Of a DNA stretch of 50,787 nucleotides, positions 26,098-34,940 are shown piece by piece. The notes below the pieces were generated by a model that searched no databases, was not told where the DNA came from, and was given only the letters and a program-made list of their open reading frames with translations. The stretch covers positions 1-50,787 of the forward strand of contig JAOBWQ010000068.1 in assembly GCA_025463425.1 (NCBI GenBank). Direction: 5' to 3'. The first letter of the stretch is position 1, and every line of letters begins with the position of its first letter. Made by a program: the position numbers and the translations under genes. The DNA is from Ilumatobacteraceae bacterium. GTDB taxonomy: Bacteria > Actinomycetota > Acidimicrobiia > Acidimicrobiales > Ilumatobacteraceae.

Positions 26098-26568
26098 TCA
26101 GCTGTCGCTGAGCCTCGAACGATCCTCGGCGGACGAGGACCGGTCTGACCTGGAGTCGGATCGGTCGTTCGCCGAGGAGCGTCTCGCCTTGATCGCAGCG
26201 TCGTGCTGGTCGTTCGGGTGGATGAACGCGTCGAGGCTCGCGGCGCGCTCGCGCTCGTCGGCCACCCTGTCCCGAGCGTCTGCACTGTCATCCCGCCTCG
26301 CCGCGTTGGCCAGGACAACGCTGGCCTGGTCGACACGAGCGTCGATCCCCGCTTCGAAGGCGGCGGTGCGAACTTCTCGTACGTCGAGCGCTGTCTCGCG
26401 TTCGTCAGCCTCATGATCGCGTTCGTCGGCGTCATGGTCGCGTTCGTCTGCGAGGTGATCCCGCTCGTCGGCTTCGTGATCGCGATCGTCAGCCGCCTGG
26501 TCGCGGTGAACCTGGCTGGCTTCGTCGGTGGGGTCGAGTGGATTCGAACTCGGTCGGTCGGTGACCAT
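26098..26568 (-). CDS. Highly acidic/charged hypothetical protein with HxADERD heptad repeats (hydrophilin-like)
   Basis: GGAGAAACCC precedes the ATG. The protein is 156 aa, rich in D/E/R, has no hydrophobic core, and carries 5 tandem heptads. There is no recognisable domain. Confidence 0.6.
   Translation of the reverse strand: MVTDRPSSNPLDPTDEASQVHRDQAADDRDHEADERDHLADERDHDADERDHEADERETALDVREVRTAAFEAGIDARVDQASVVLANAARRDDSADARDRVADERERAASLDAFIHPNDQHDAAIKARRSSANDRSDSRSDRSSSAEDRSRLSDS
26398..26502. repeat. 5 x 21-bp in-frame tandem repeat inside the acidic protein gene
   Basis: The units on the plus strand are gcgttcgtcagcctcatgatc, gcgttcgtcggcgtcatggtc, gcgttcgtctgcgaggtgatc, ccgctcgtcggcttcgtgatc and gcgatcgtcagccgcctggtc. 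They encode (D/E)RD-H-x-A-D/E heptads. Confidence 0.85.
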
Positions 26569-26652
26569 GGGTTTCTCCGATCGGTCGAACCGTAGCCCGG
26601 CTGGTGACGTTGTGCTCTACCTGCGTTCGCCGTCAGCAGGCACGGTGAGTGC

Positions 26653-27423
26653 ATGAGCATTGATGTCGAACCTCGCACTGACCCCAGCCCGGTGACGCCC
26701 GTCGTGGCCGCAGCGATGTTGCACGGCAGGAAGATCTACGGCAAGGGTGACACCGAAGTACGCGCGCTGGATGACGTCAGCGTCGAGTTCCAACGCGGTC
26801 GGATGACGGCGATCATGGGGCCGTCGGGGTCGGGCAAGTCGACGCTGATGCATTGCCTCGCCGGGTTGGACGACCTCACGTCGGGCGAGGTGTGGCTCGG
26901 CGATGTCGAGTTCTCGACGATGAACGAGCGTCAGCGGACAAGGATCCGTCGTGACCGCGTGGGCTTCGTCTTCCAAGCCTACAACCTCCTGCCGACGTTG
27001 ACCGCCGGCGAGAACATCAAGCTGCCGCAGCTGCTGGCCGGCCGCAAGCCGGACCAGACGACGTTCGATGCGGTCGTCGCTCGATTCGGACTGGCCAACC
27101 GGTTGCGTCACCGCCCGGCTGAGCTGTCCGGTGGGCAGCAACAACGCGTCGCCGTCGCGCGAGCGCTCGTTGCCAAGCCCGATGTGATCTTCGCCGACGA
27201 GCCGACCGGCAACCTCGACTCGCATGCGGGTGGCGAGGTGCTTCGGCTGCTGCGCGAAGCCGTTGACGAGTTGGGTCAGACGGTGGTCATGGTCACTCAC
27301 GACCCGAGTGCGGCAGCGATCGCAGACCGGGTGCTGTTCCTGGCCGACGGCAAGGTCCGCGAAGAGATGACCGACCCGTCGGTGGCCAAGATCCTCGATT
27401 CGATGAAAGCCCTCGGCGGCTGA
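26653..27423 (+). CDS. ABC transporter ATP-binding protein (MacB/LolD/FtsE-like)
   Basis: It has Walker [10 protein letters not shown], the signature LSGGQQQRV, Walker B IFADEPT and the H-loop VTHD. Confidence 0.95.
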   Translation: MSIDVEPRTDPSPVTPVVAAAMLHGRKIYGKGDTEVRALDDVSVEFQRGRMTAIMGPSGSGKSTLMHCLAGLDDLTSGEVWLGDVEFSTMNERQRTRIRRDRVGFVFQAYNLLPTLTAGENIKLPQLLAGRKPDQTTFDAVVARFGLANRLRHRPAELSGGQQQRVAVARALVAKPDVIFADEPTGNLDSHAGGEVLRLLREAVDELGQTVVMVTHDPSAAAIADRVLFLADGKVREEMTDPSVAKILDSMKALGG

Positions 27424-27437
27424 AAGGCAGGTCCGTC

Positions 27438-29969
27438 GTGTTCCGCGTCGCCCTCAAGAACTTGATCGCACACAAGATCCGCTCGCTCGGCCTGATCATC
27501 ACGGTCGTGCTCGGTGTGTCCTTCGTCGTCGGCACCTATGTGCTGACGGACACCATCAGCAACGTGTTCAACGGGATCTTCACCGATGTCTACGCCGGCG
27601 TCGACGTCAACGTCCGCCACAGCAGCGAGCTCGGCCTCGACGCCGCCCGGCCACCAGTGCCCGCCTCACTGCTCGAACAGATCAAGGGAGTCGACGGCGT
27701 CGGCCACGCCGAAGGCAACGTGTTCGGTCCGGGTGTCGAGATCATCGATGCCAACGGCGATCGTGTCGGCAACGCTCAGGCGCCCGCGTTCGGAACCGTC
27801 TGGGCAGACGATGCAGCGCTGACCCCGTTCATCCTGCGCACGGGCACTGTCCCCGTGGCTGCCGACGACGTCGCCATCGACGCGCAATCGTTCGACAGCG
27901 GAGGGTTCGCCCTCGGTGAGAAGATCATGCTCGTCACCCCCCACGGACCGCAGGAGTTCAACTTGGTCGGTGTCGCCGGCTTCGGCCGAGCGTCGAACCT
28001 GGCCGGAGCGACGATCAGCATCTTCACGCTCCCGACAGCGCAGACCCTCCTCGATCGTGTCGGGCAGTTCGATTCGATCAACATCGCAGCTGCAGATGGA
28101 GTCGATCCTGCGGTCCTCCAAGACGACGTTGCCGCTGCGCTGTCGCCCGGCTACGAGGCAGTCTCGTCCGCTGACCTCACCGAGGAGAACAGCAAAGCCG
28201 TCTCCTCTGCGCTGCAGTACTTCCAGACCTTCATGCTCGTCTTCGCGTTCGTTGCCCTGTTCGTCGGCGCGTTCATCGTCTACAACACCTACAGCATCGT
28301 GATCGCCGAACGCACCCGCGAGCTCGCCCTCGTGCGAGCGCTCGGCGCGTCCGGCGCCGCAGTCTTCGCATCGGTTCTCGCCGAAGCGGTGGTCACCGGT
28401 CTGCTCGCATCGGGCCTCGGGATCGCAGCCGGCGTCGGCATCGCCATTGCCCTGCAGCGACTTCTCAGCGCCGTCGGCTTCACGATGCCGTCCGGCGACC
28501 TCGTCCTCGCCGGACGCACCATCTGGGTCGCTCTGATCGGCGGGCCGCTCGTCACCGTCGTCGCATCCGTGATGCCGGCGATCAAGGCATCTCGCGTCGC
28601 GCCGATGGCCGCCATGCGCGACTCCGCCACCGGCGGTACCAGTGGCGTCCTCCGGAACGTTGTCGGGGGAGTCGTCGGCGCCGGCGGCGTCGCCGCAGTG
28701 CTCGTCGGCCTCGACCGGGGAGAGCTCGCATACGTCGGAGGCGGTGCCATCGCAGTCTTCGTCGGACTCGCGATGATCGCGCCGATGTTGAGCCGTCCGG
28801 TCGTCTCGGTGCTCGGCGCTCCCGTTGAAGCGGTCTGCGGGGTGACCGGGATGGTTGCGCGCGACAACGCCCGCCGCAGCCCACGCCGAACAGCGACGAC
28901 CGCCTCGGCGCTGATGATCGGCACCGCGCTCATGGCCGCGTCGTTCATCCTCTCGCGGTCCATCACAGAGTCCGTCGAACGCTCGGTCAGCGGCACGGTG
29001 GCGGCCGACCTCGTCGTCACCGCCGATACGCAAGCAGGGTTCAGCGACGCCCTCGCCGGCGAGATCGACGACGTTCCCGGTGTCCACTCGATCGCCAGGT
29101 TCCGAACCGCACAGTTCAAGATCGGCAACGCGACCAAGAGCATCGCAGGTGTCCCTGCTGCGGCACTCGACACCAAATCACCGGACCTCGCCATCGACAT
29201 CGCGGTCGATGCCGGCGACATCACCCACCTGGCCGACGGCGGCATCGCGATCCACGATGACGTGGCACGCGACCACGGCTGGCACATCGGCGACGTCATC
29301 GACGCGACGTTCCCGCTCGGGAACCGTCCACTCACGCTCGTGGCCACCTATTCGCAGAACACGCTCGTCGGCGACTACCTCGTCGACCTCCCCACCTTCG
29401 CAGTCTCGTATGTCGCCACCGCCGATCTCGTGGGCATCGTCTCCGTCGACGCCAGCGCGGACGTGAAGGCGGTGCAGGCTGCCATACAGCACATCGTCGA
29501 CGTGCGGTACCCCGGTACCAAGGTCCAAGACCGCAAGCAGTACGTCGCAGACATGAAGGCCTAGGTCGCTCGGTTCACGAGCCTGATCACCGCCCTGTTG
29601 CTCCTTGCCGTGTTGATCGCTCTGCTCGGTGTGCTCATCACGATGCTGCTCGCCGTATCGGAACGTGCGCGTGAGATCGGACTGCTCCGAGCCGTCGGGA
29701 TGTCGCGCCGACAAGTTCGATCGATGGTCCGCTGGGAAGCGGCGATCGTGTCCCTCTTCGGAGCTCTCATGGGACTGGCCGTCGGAACGTTCTTCGGGAT
29801 CGCGCTGGTCCGTGCGCTCGCGGGCCAGGGGATCACGGTCACGATCGTGCCGATCAGCACGCTGGTGATCCTCGCCGCAGCGATCGCACTGCTGGGTGTG
29901 ATCGCATCCATGTACCCCGCCCGTCGGGCAGCGCGACTCAACGTCATCGCCGCCGTCGCCAACGGCTGA
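27438..29969 (+). pseudogene. FtsX/MacB-type ABC permease (double FtsX domain, about 840 aa) interrupted by a single in-frame TAG at 29562-29564
   Basis: ORFs 27438..29564 and 29598..29969 are in the same frame. Translation across the stop reads ...QYVADMKA*VARFTSLITALLLLAVLIALLGVLITMLLAVSERAREIGLLRAVGMSRRQ..., one continuous second FtsX domain. The stop falls just before its first TM helix. Confidence 0.8.
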
Positions 29970-29988
29970 CGTCACAGAGCCGTCAGCG

Positions 29989-30552
29989 TCACGAGTCGAG
30001 TGGCCGTCCACCCGCCGGGACCAACTGCGCTCTTCGCTTCTGTCGAGCGGCGTGCATCGCAGCGAGCGTGGTCACGTCGAGCGCGGTGTACAGGATCCCG
30101 TCGTCGAACGTCGTCCGTACGGGGAGGCCAACGGTCCGGAAGACGAGTTGCATGTCGGCGTTGCTGGGCAACGTCATCGCAGTCAGCCGGAGCAAGCCAC
30201 GGTCGTGGGCGACGAGCGCGAGGTGCTCCAGGAGCAGTGTGGCGACTCCTTCGCGATGGTGGTCGTCGGCGACCGCGAATGCGACCTCGGCCTCCGTTGG
30301 ATCGTTCCCGACGATGTACTCGCCGATCCCGATCATCGTTCCAGCCTGTCGCGCGAGCAATGTGACGTGATCGTCGGTGCCGCCGACGACGCGACCGAGC
30401 TCTGCGACGGGCAGCGATCGGCGGATGCCGAAGAACCTCAGGTACGTCGCGTCGTCGCAGAGGAGCGCGTAGAAGCGCGACACGGTGTCGAGATCGTCCG
30501 GTCGAGCTCGATCGATGTCGACGTCCGCACCGGAGCGCAGCAGTTCCTTCAT
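29989..30552 (-). CDS. GNAT-family acetyltransferase (Pat-like GNAT domain)
   Basis: EAEVAFAVADDHHREGVATLLLEHLALVAHDRGLLRL is a GNAT motif A region. Length is 187 aa and GAGGAGAG lies upstream of the ATG. Confidence 0.8.
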   Translation of the reverse strand: MKELLRSGADVDIDRARPDDLDTVSRFYALLCDDATYLRFFGIRRSLPVAELGRVVGGTDDHVTLLARQAGTMIGIGEYIVGNDPTEAEVAFAVADDHHREGVATLLLEHLALVAHDRGLLRLTAMTLPSNADMQLVFRTVGLPVRTTFDDGILYTALDVTTLAAMHAARQKRRAQLVPAGGRPLDS

Positions 30553-30679
30553 GAGACTCTCCTCGTGCGCCGCCGTTGGGTCGTTTCCACAGTGCGCTGC
30601 CCACTGGCCGGCGAACAGAGCAGGAGGTCATCTCTTGTGGATGTGCGCAGTTCCCCTTCGCCTGGGGTTACATGGAGCA

Positions 30680-31966
30680 GTGAGCGCCGGCCGATCAGTC
30701 ATCGAACCCTCACCGCCGGCTGCTGTCCTCGAACACATCGCTGCGCGGGCCGACATCATCGTTCCGATCGCGAACGGTGAACCCGTCACGCTGTTGGACG
30801 CGATCGAGCGGCACGAGTCGTCGCTGTCGGGTGTGCGGGTTCATCAGATGCACGCGCTGCATGATCGTCCGTATCTGCACGGTTCGTGCGGCGATCGACT
30901 TCGCCACGTCTCCTACTTCCTGTCGCACGTCACGCGTCCGTGCTTTCGTGCCGGCACCATCGATCTCGTTCCGAACAACTTCTCCGAGATGCGCGCGATC
31001 CTGCAGGGCTCGACATCGGATCCACTGGTTGTCGCGTCGGCGTCGCCGCCGGATCGCCACGGGTACTTCAGCCTCGGATCGAACGCGGACTACGTCGCGT
31101 CGTTCATCGGCAGGGCGCGCTTCTTCCTCGAGGCGAACCAGCAGATGCCGCGCACGTTCGGTCGCAACCAGATCCACATCAGCCAAGTGGTCGGATGGAG
31201 TGAGGCCGACTACCCGTTGGCGATCGTCGCCCCGCCATCACCGACGGAGGCTGACCTGCGCATCGCAGGGTTCGTCGCAGAGCGAGTCCTGGACCGCTCG
31301 ACGATCCAGGTCGGGATCGGCGCGATTCCCAACGCGATCCTGTCGGCGTTGACCGAGCATCGCGACCTCGGGATCCACACCGAACTGATCTCGGACGGCG
31401 TCATGGATCTCGTCGAGGCCGGAGTCGTCAACGGAGTCGCGAAGGAGTTGAATCGGACGAAGACGGTGGGCACGTTCGCGCTCGGCACCCAGCGCCTGTA
31501 TGAGTTCCTCCACGAGAACACCGCCCTCGAACTGTGGCCCGTCCGGTACGTGAACGATCCGCGAGTCATCGCTCAGGAGACGGACTTCGTGTCGATCAAC
31601 TCGACCATCGCTGTGGATCTGATCGGCCAATGCGCTTCCGAGACGGTCGCCGGCAGCTACTACTCGTCGAGCGGCGGCCAAGCGGACTTCGCGAGGGGCG
31701 CCATGTACTCACCGGGCGGTCAGGGCTTCGTCGTCCTGCATTCGACGACCAAGGATGCGACGATCTCCAAGATCGTCCCGCAACTGGCCGCAGGTGACGT
31801 CGTCACGACATTGAAGAACACCGTCGACAAGGTCGTCACCGAATGGGGAGTGGCAGAACTGCGCGGCCGCAGCATCCGGGCCAGAGCAGGAGCATTGATC
31901 GCGATTGCCCACCCCGCCCATCGCGAGTCGCTCGCCGCCGAAGCGCGCCGGCTGGGTTACATCTGA
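30680..31966 (+). CDS. Acetyl-CoA hydrolase/transferase family protein (4-hydroxybutyrate CoA-transferase-like)
   Basis: It has the HTELISDG glutamate region and the SSSGGQADFARGA (GGQxDF) motif. I chose the GTG at 30680 inside ORF 30485..31966. Confidence 0.85.
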   Translation: MSAGRSVIEPSPPAAVLEHIAARADIIVPIANGEPVTLLDAIERHESSLSGVRVHQMHALHDRPYLHGSCGDRLRHVSYFLSHVTRPCFRAGTIDLVPNNFSEMRAILQGSTSDPLVVASASPPDRHGYFSLGSNADYVASFIGRARFFLEANQQMPRTFGRNQIHISQVVGWSEADYPLAIVAPPSPTEADLRIAGFVAERVLDRSTIQVGIGAIPNAILSALTEHRDLGIHTELISDGVMDLVEAGVVNGVAKELNRTKTVGTFALGTQRLYEFLHENTALELWPVRYVNDPRVIAQETDFVSINSTIAVDLIGQCASETVAGSYYSSSGGQADFARGAMYSPGGQGFVVLHSTTKDATISKIVPQLAAGDVVTTLKNTVDKVVTEWGVAELRGRSIRARAGALIAIAHPAHRESLAAEARRLGYI

Positions 31967-32030
31967 GCGCTACCACCGCGCAGTTGACCGGCACCCGATG
32001 AGCGCGCAGAGACGGCTGCACCGGACGCGA

Positions 32031-32924
32031 TCATCGCGTGAGCTCCGGGTCGAGCGAGCGAGGGTGCAGGATCGCAACAGGGCATTGAGCGTGTTCTGCG
32101 ACGTCGAGTGCCACGGACCCGAAGAGGACCGTCTTGAAACCACTGCGACCTCGGGAGCCGAGCGCAATGAGATCGAAGTCGCAGCTGGATCCGATGAGCA
32201 CTTGGCCAGGCTCACCCTCGGTGAGCCGGCCGACCACCGGAGCGAGCGTTCGACGGCGGCAACGGTCGACGACGAGATCGAGCGCCGACTGAAGGTCCGC
32301 GTGCGCCAAGTGGCGTTCCCGGGCCGATCGTTGACGATGGTTGGCGCTGAGCGAGGCGTGGACGATCACGACGCTCGCACCGTGCAGATCAGCTTCCTGA
32401 CACGCCCAGTCGGCGGCGGCGATGGACGCACTCGAGCTGTCGACGCCGACGAGTATCCGCCGAATGCCATCGCGTTGCGCTCCACGCACCACCACGACGG
32501 GGCAGGGGCTGCCCCGCAGCGCAGCTCGGGGCACCGAGCCGAGCAGCCATGCGGAGGCCACGCCACGGTGAGGGGCGCCGACGACGAGGAGGTCAGATCC
32601 CGTGAGTCCCACGGTGAGCGCGTCTCGGGGATCGAGATGCGTCCTCGTCAGATCGACCTTCAACGATGGGTGAAGCGACCGCACTGCGTCCACCGCCTCC
32701 GCACATCGTCGTCGCTCGCGCGCCCCGATGCCGTAGTAGTCCACTGCGTCGGGGACTGCGAGGCACGTGCTGACGCGAAGCGCTGATGTGCGCGCCACGG
32801 CTTCCCTTGCCGCCCACTCCACTGCCTCTCGAGCACCGGCGGAACCGTCGAAGCCGACGACGACTCGTCCGCCAGGTCGCATGATGACATCTGGGCCGAC
32901 GCTGAGAGAGAGCGGCGGTTCCAT
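32031..32924 (-). CDS. Universal stress protein, tandem Usp domains
   Basis: It has two Usp repeats (VVVGFDGSAGA...CPVVVV and ILVGVDSSSAS...CPVAIL). The alternative start MRPGG at comp(32880..32882) is equally plausible. Confidence 0.9.
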   Translation of the reverse strand: MEPPLSLSVGPDVIMRPGGRVVVGFDGSAGAREAVEWAAREAVARTSALRVSTCLAVPDAVDYYGIGARERRRCAEAVDAVRSLHPSLKVDLTRTHLDPRDALTVGLTGSDLLVVGAPHRGVASAWLLGSVPRAALRGSPCPVVVVRGAQRDGIRRILVGVDSSSASIAAADWACQEADLHGASVVIVHASLSANHRQRSARERHLAHADLQSALDLVVDRCRRRTLAPVVGRLTEGEPGQVLIGSSCDFDLIALGSRGRSGFKTVLFGSVALDVAEHAQCPVAILHPRSLDPELTR

Positions 32925-32959
32925 GACTGCATTGTGACGATCGTCCGACCCTCGCGATA

Positions 32960-32973
32960 GGGCCTTGAGACCC
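32960..32973. promoter_or_regulatory. Candidate DosR/DevR-type box (minus strand GGGTCTCAAGGCCC) upstream of the USP gene
   Basis: It has the same 5-4-5 layout as the arc box and is nearly identical to it (GGGTCT[C/G]AAG[G/T]CCC). It lies in the 57-nt gap between the kinase stop and the USP start. Confidence 0.35.
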
Positions 32974-32981
32974 GCGTCGCC

Positions 32982-34193
32982 CTAGCCGTCTTCCTCCTGC
33001 GCGTTCACCTCGGCGGTGCGAGGTGCGGCCTCCAGGTCGTCGCTCGGAGGCGGGAACTGGCCGACGGGTGCTTCCCACACGACGAGCGTGCCCCCGTCGG
33101 GCCGGCCGCTGATGGTGAAGGTGCCACCCACTGCCTCAGCACGCGTCCGCATGTTCACCAATCCGCTCGAGGAGCGCGCAGGATCGTGGCTGTATCCCGT
33201 CCCGTCGTCGGCGATGCGCAGAGCGAGCACGTTCCGATCCGATGTCACGCTGACGTCCACGCGAGTGGCGTTCGCGTGCCGGGCAACGTTCGAGAGCGCC
33301 TCGCGCAGGCACAGCATGATGTGACCGTGCATCGAGTCGGACACGGTGCTGTCGACGGGTCCGCTGATCTCGCAGCGTGGCTCGAATCCCAATGCACGCG
33401 TCGCTTCGTTGCAGACATCGAGGATGTCGCTGCGCAGACTCGGCAGACCGGAGAAACGATGGTGCAACTCGAAGATCGTCGATCGGACCTGCCGGATCGA
33501 TGTGTCGAGATCGTCCACGGCGCGCATGATCCGTTCGACTGCCACCGGTTCTCTCACCATCTGGGCTGCCGCTTGCAGCGAGAGGCCTGTCGCGAACAAA
33601 CGTTGGATGACGTCGTCGTGCAGGTCTCGCGCGATCCGCTCCCGTTCGTCGAGCAGCGTCGCGGTGCGCGCCTGCTCGTTGAGCCGAGCGTTCTCGATCG
33701 CCAGACCAGCGGCCGCGGCCAGACCGACGGCAAGTTCCTGATCGACGTCGGTGAACACCTGCCCGTCATGCTTGTCCGTGAGGTAGAGGTTGCCGAACAC
33801 CTTCCCGCGAAGCAGGATCGGGACCCCCAGGAAGGAAGTCATCGGGGGGTGACCGGGTGGGAAACCGAAGCTGTCGGGATGCTCGTGGATGTCGGGAAGG
33901 CGAAGCGGCTTCGGCTCGACGATCAGGAGTCCGAGGATCCCGTGCCCGTCCGGGAGCGCGCCGATCCGCGCCGTCTCCTCCTCGGTCAGCCCGACGGTGA
34001 TGAACTCGGCCAGCATCGTCCCCGAAGCGTCCAGAACGCCGAGCGCGGCGTACTTCGCATCGACGAGCTCTGCAGCGGTGTGCGTGATCCGCCGCAGCGC
34101 AGCCGACAGGGACAACTCCGAGCCGATGGCCATCACTGCGTCCAGAAGGCGAAGCAGCTGCTTCGGCCCGGAAAAAGCGAAGCGGTCAGGCAT
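32982..34193 (-). CDS. GAF-domain sensor histidine kinase (HisKA_3 class, DevS/DosS-like architecture)
   Basis: The N-terminal GAF region reads [13 protein letters not shown] ... [17 protein letters not shown]. The HisKA_3 H-box is [18 protein letters not shown]. The HATPase_c motifs are [13 protein letters not shown] and GLVNM. Confidence 0.9.
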   Translation of the reverse strand: MPDRFAFSGPKQLLRLLDAVMAIGSELSLSAALRRITHTAAELVDAKYAALGVLDASGTMLAEFITVGLTEEETARIGALPDGHGILGLLIVEPKPLRLPDIHEHPDSFGFPPGHPPMTSFLGVPILLRGKVFGNLYLTDKHDGQVFTDVDQELAVGLAAAAGLAIENARLNEQARTATLLDERERIARDLHDDVIQRLFATGLSLQAAAQMVREPVAVERIMRAVDDLDTSIRQVRSTIFELHHRFSGLPSLRSDILDVCNEATRALGFEPRCEISGPVDSTVSDSMHGHIMLCLREALSNVARHANATRVDVSVTSDRNVLALRIADDGTGYSHDPARSSSGLVNMRTRAEAVGGTFTISGRPDGGTLVVWEAPVGQFPPPSDDLEAAPRTAEVNAQEEDG

Positions 34194-34270
34194 GCGGCGA
34201 GCCTACGGCACCTGGGCTACCTTGGGCCCGTGGCATCTACGCTGGACGGTCGGGGAAACCGGTTGAGGCA

Positions 34271-34921
34271 GTGATCCGCGTCTTCCTCGTCGATGACCAC
34301 GAGGTCGTTCGTCGAGGGGTGCGCGAGCTGTTGGAGAGCGCCGGTGACATGGAGATCGTCGGCGAGGCAGGAACCGCCGCTGAGGCGCTGCAGCGAGTGC
34401 CGGCAGTGGCGCCGGACGTCGCCGTGCTGGACGTTCGGCTGCCTGATGGCAGTGGCGTCGAACTCTGCCGCGACCTTCGGTCGGAGATGCCGACGTTGAA
34501 GTGCCTGATGCTGACGTCGTTCAATGATGACGAGGCCCTGTTCGATGCAATCATGGCCGGCGCCGCCGGATACGTGCTCAAAGAGATCCGCGGATCCGAC
34601 CTGATCGAAAGCGTGCGTCGCGTCGCAGCCGGCCAGTCGTTGCTCGACCCGCAGGTCACTGCTCGGGTGATCGATCGCCTCCGGAACCCGCCTCGTGACG
34701 CACGGTCGGCGACCTTGACCGCTCAAGAGTCGACCATCCTCGCCCATCTCGCCGACGGGCTGACGAACCGCCAGATCGCGGCCGCGATGTTCCTCGCCGA
34801 GAAGACCGTCAAGAACTACGTCTCGAACATGTTGTCCAAGCTCGGGATGAGCCACCGAACGGAGGCAGCGGTGTACGCAGCTCGCCTCGCTGATCGTCGG
34901 CTGGCGAAGCCGAACGAGTAG
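34271..34921 (+). CDS. NarL/LuxR-family response regulator (DevR/DosR-like)
   Basis: The receiver domain has VFLVDDH, the phospho-Asp in LDVRLPDG, and MLTSF. The C-terminal LuxR HTH reads [44 protein letters not shown]. Confidence 0.92.
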   Translation: MIRVFLVDDHEVVRRGVRELLESAGDMEIVGEAGTAAEALQRVPAVAPDVAVLDVRLPDGSGVELCRDLRSEMPTLKCLMLTSFNDDEALFDAIMAGAAGYVLKEIRGSDLIESVRRVAAGQSLLDPQVTARVIDRLRNPPRDARSATLTAQESTILAHLADGLTNRQIAAAMFLAEKTVKNYVSNMLSKLGMSHRTEAAVYAARLADRRLAKPNE

Positions 34922-34940
34922 CGGGGGCGAACGACGCCGA

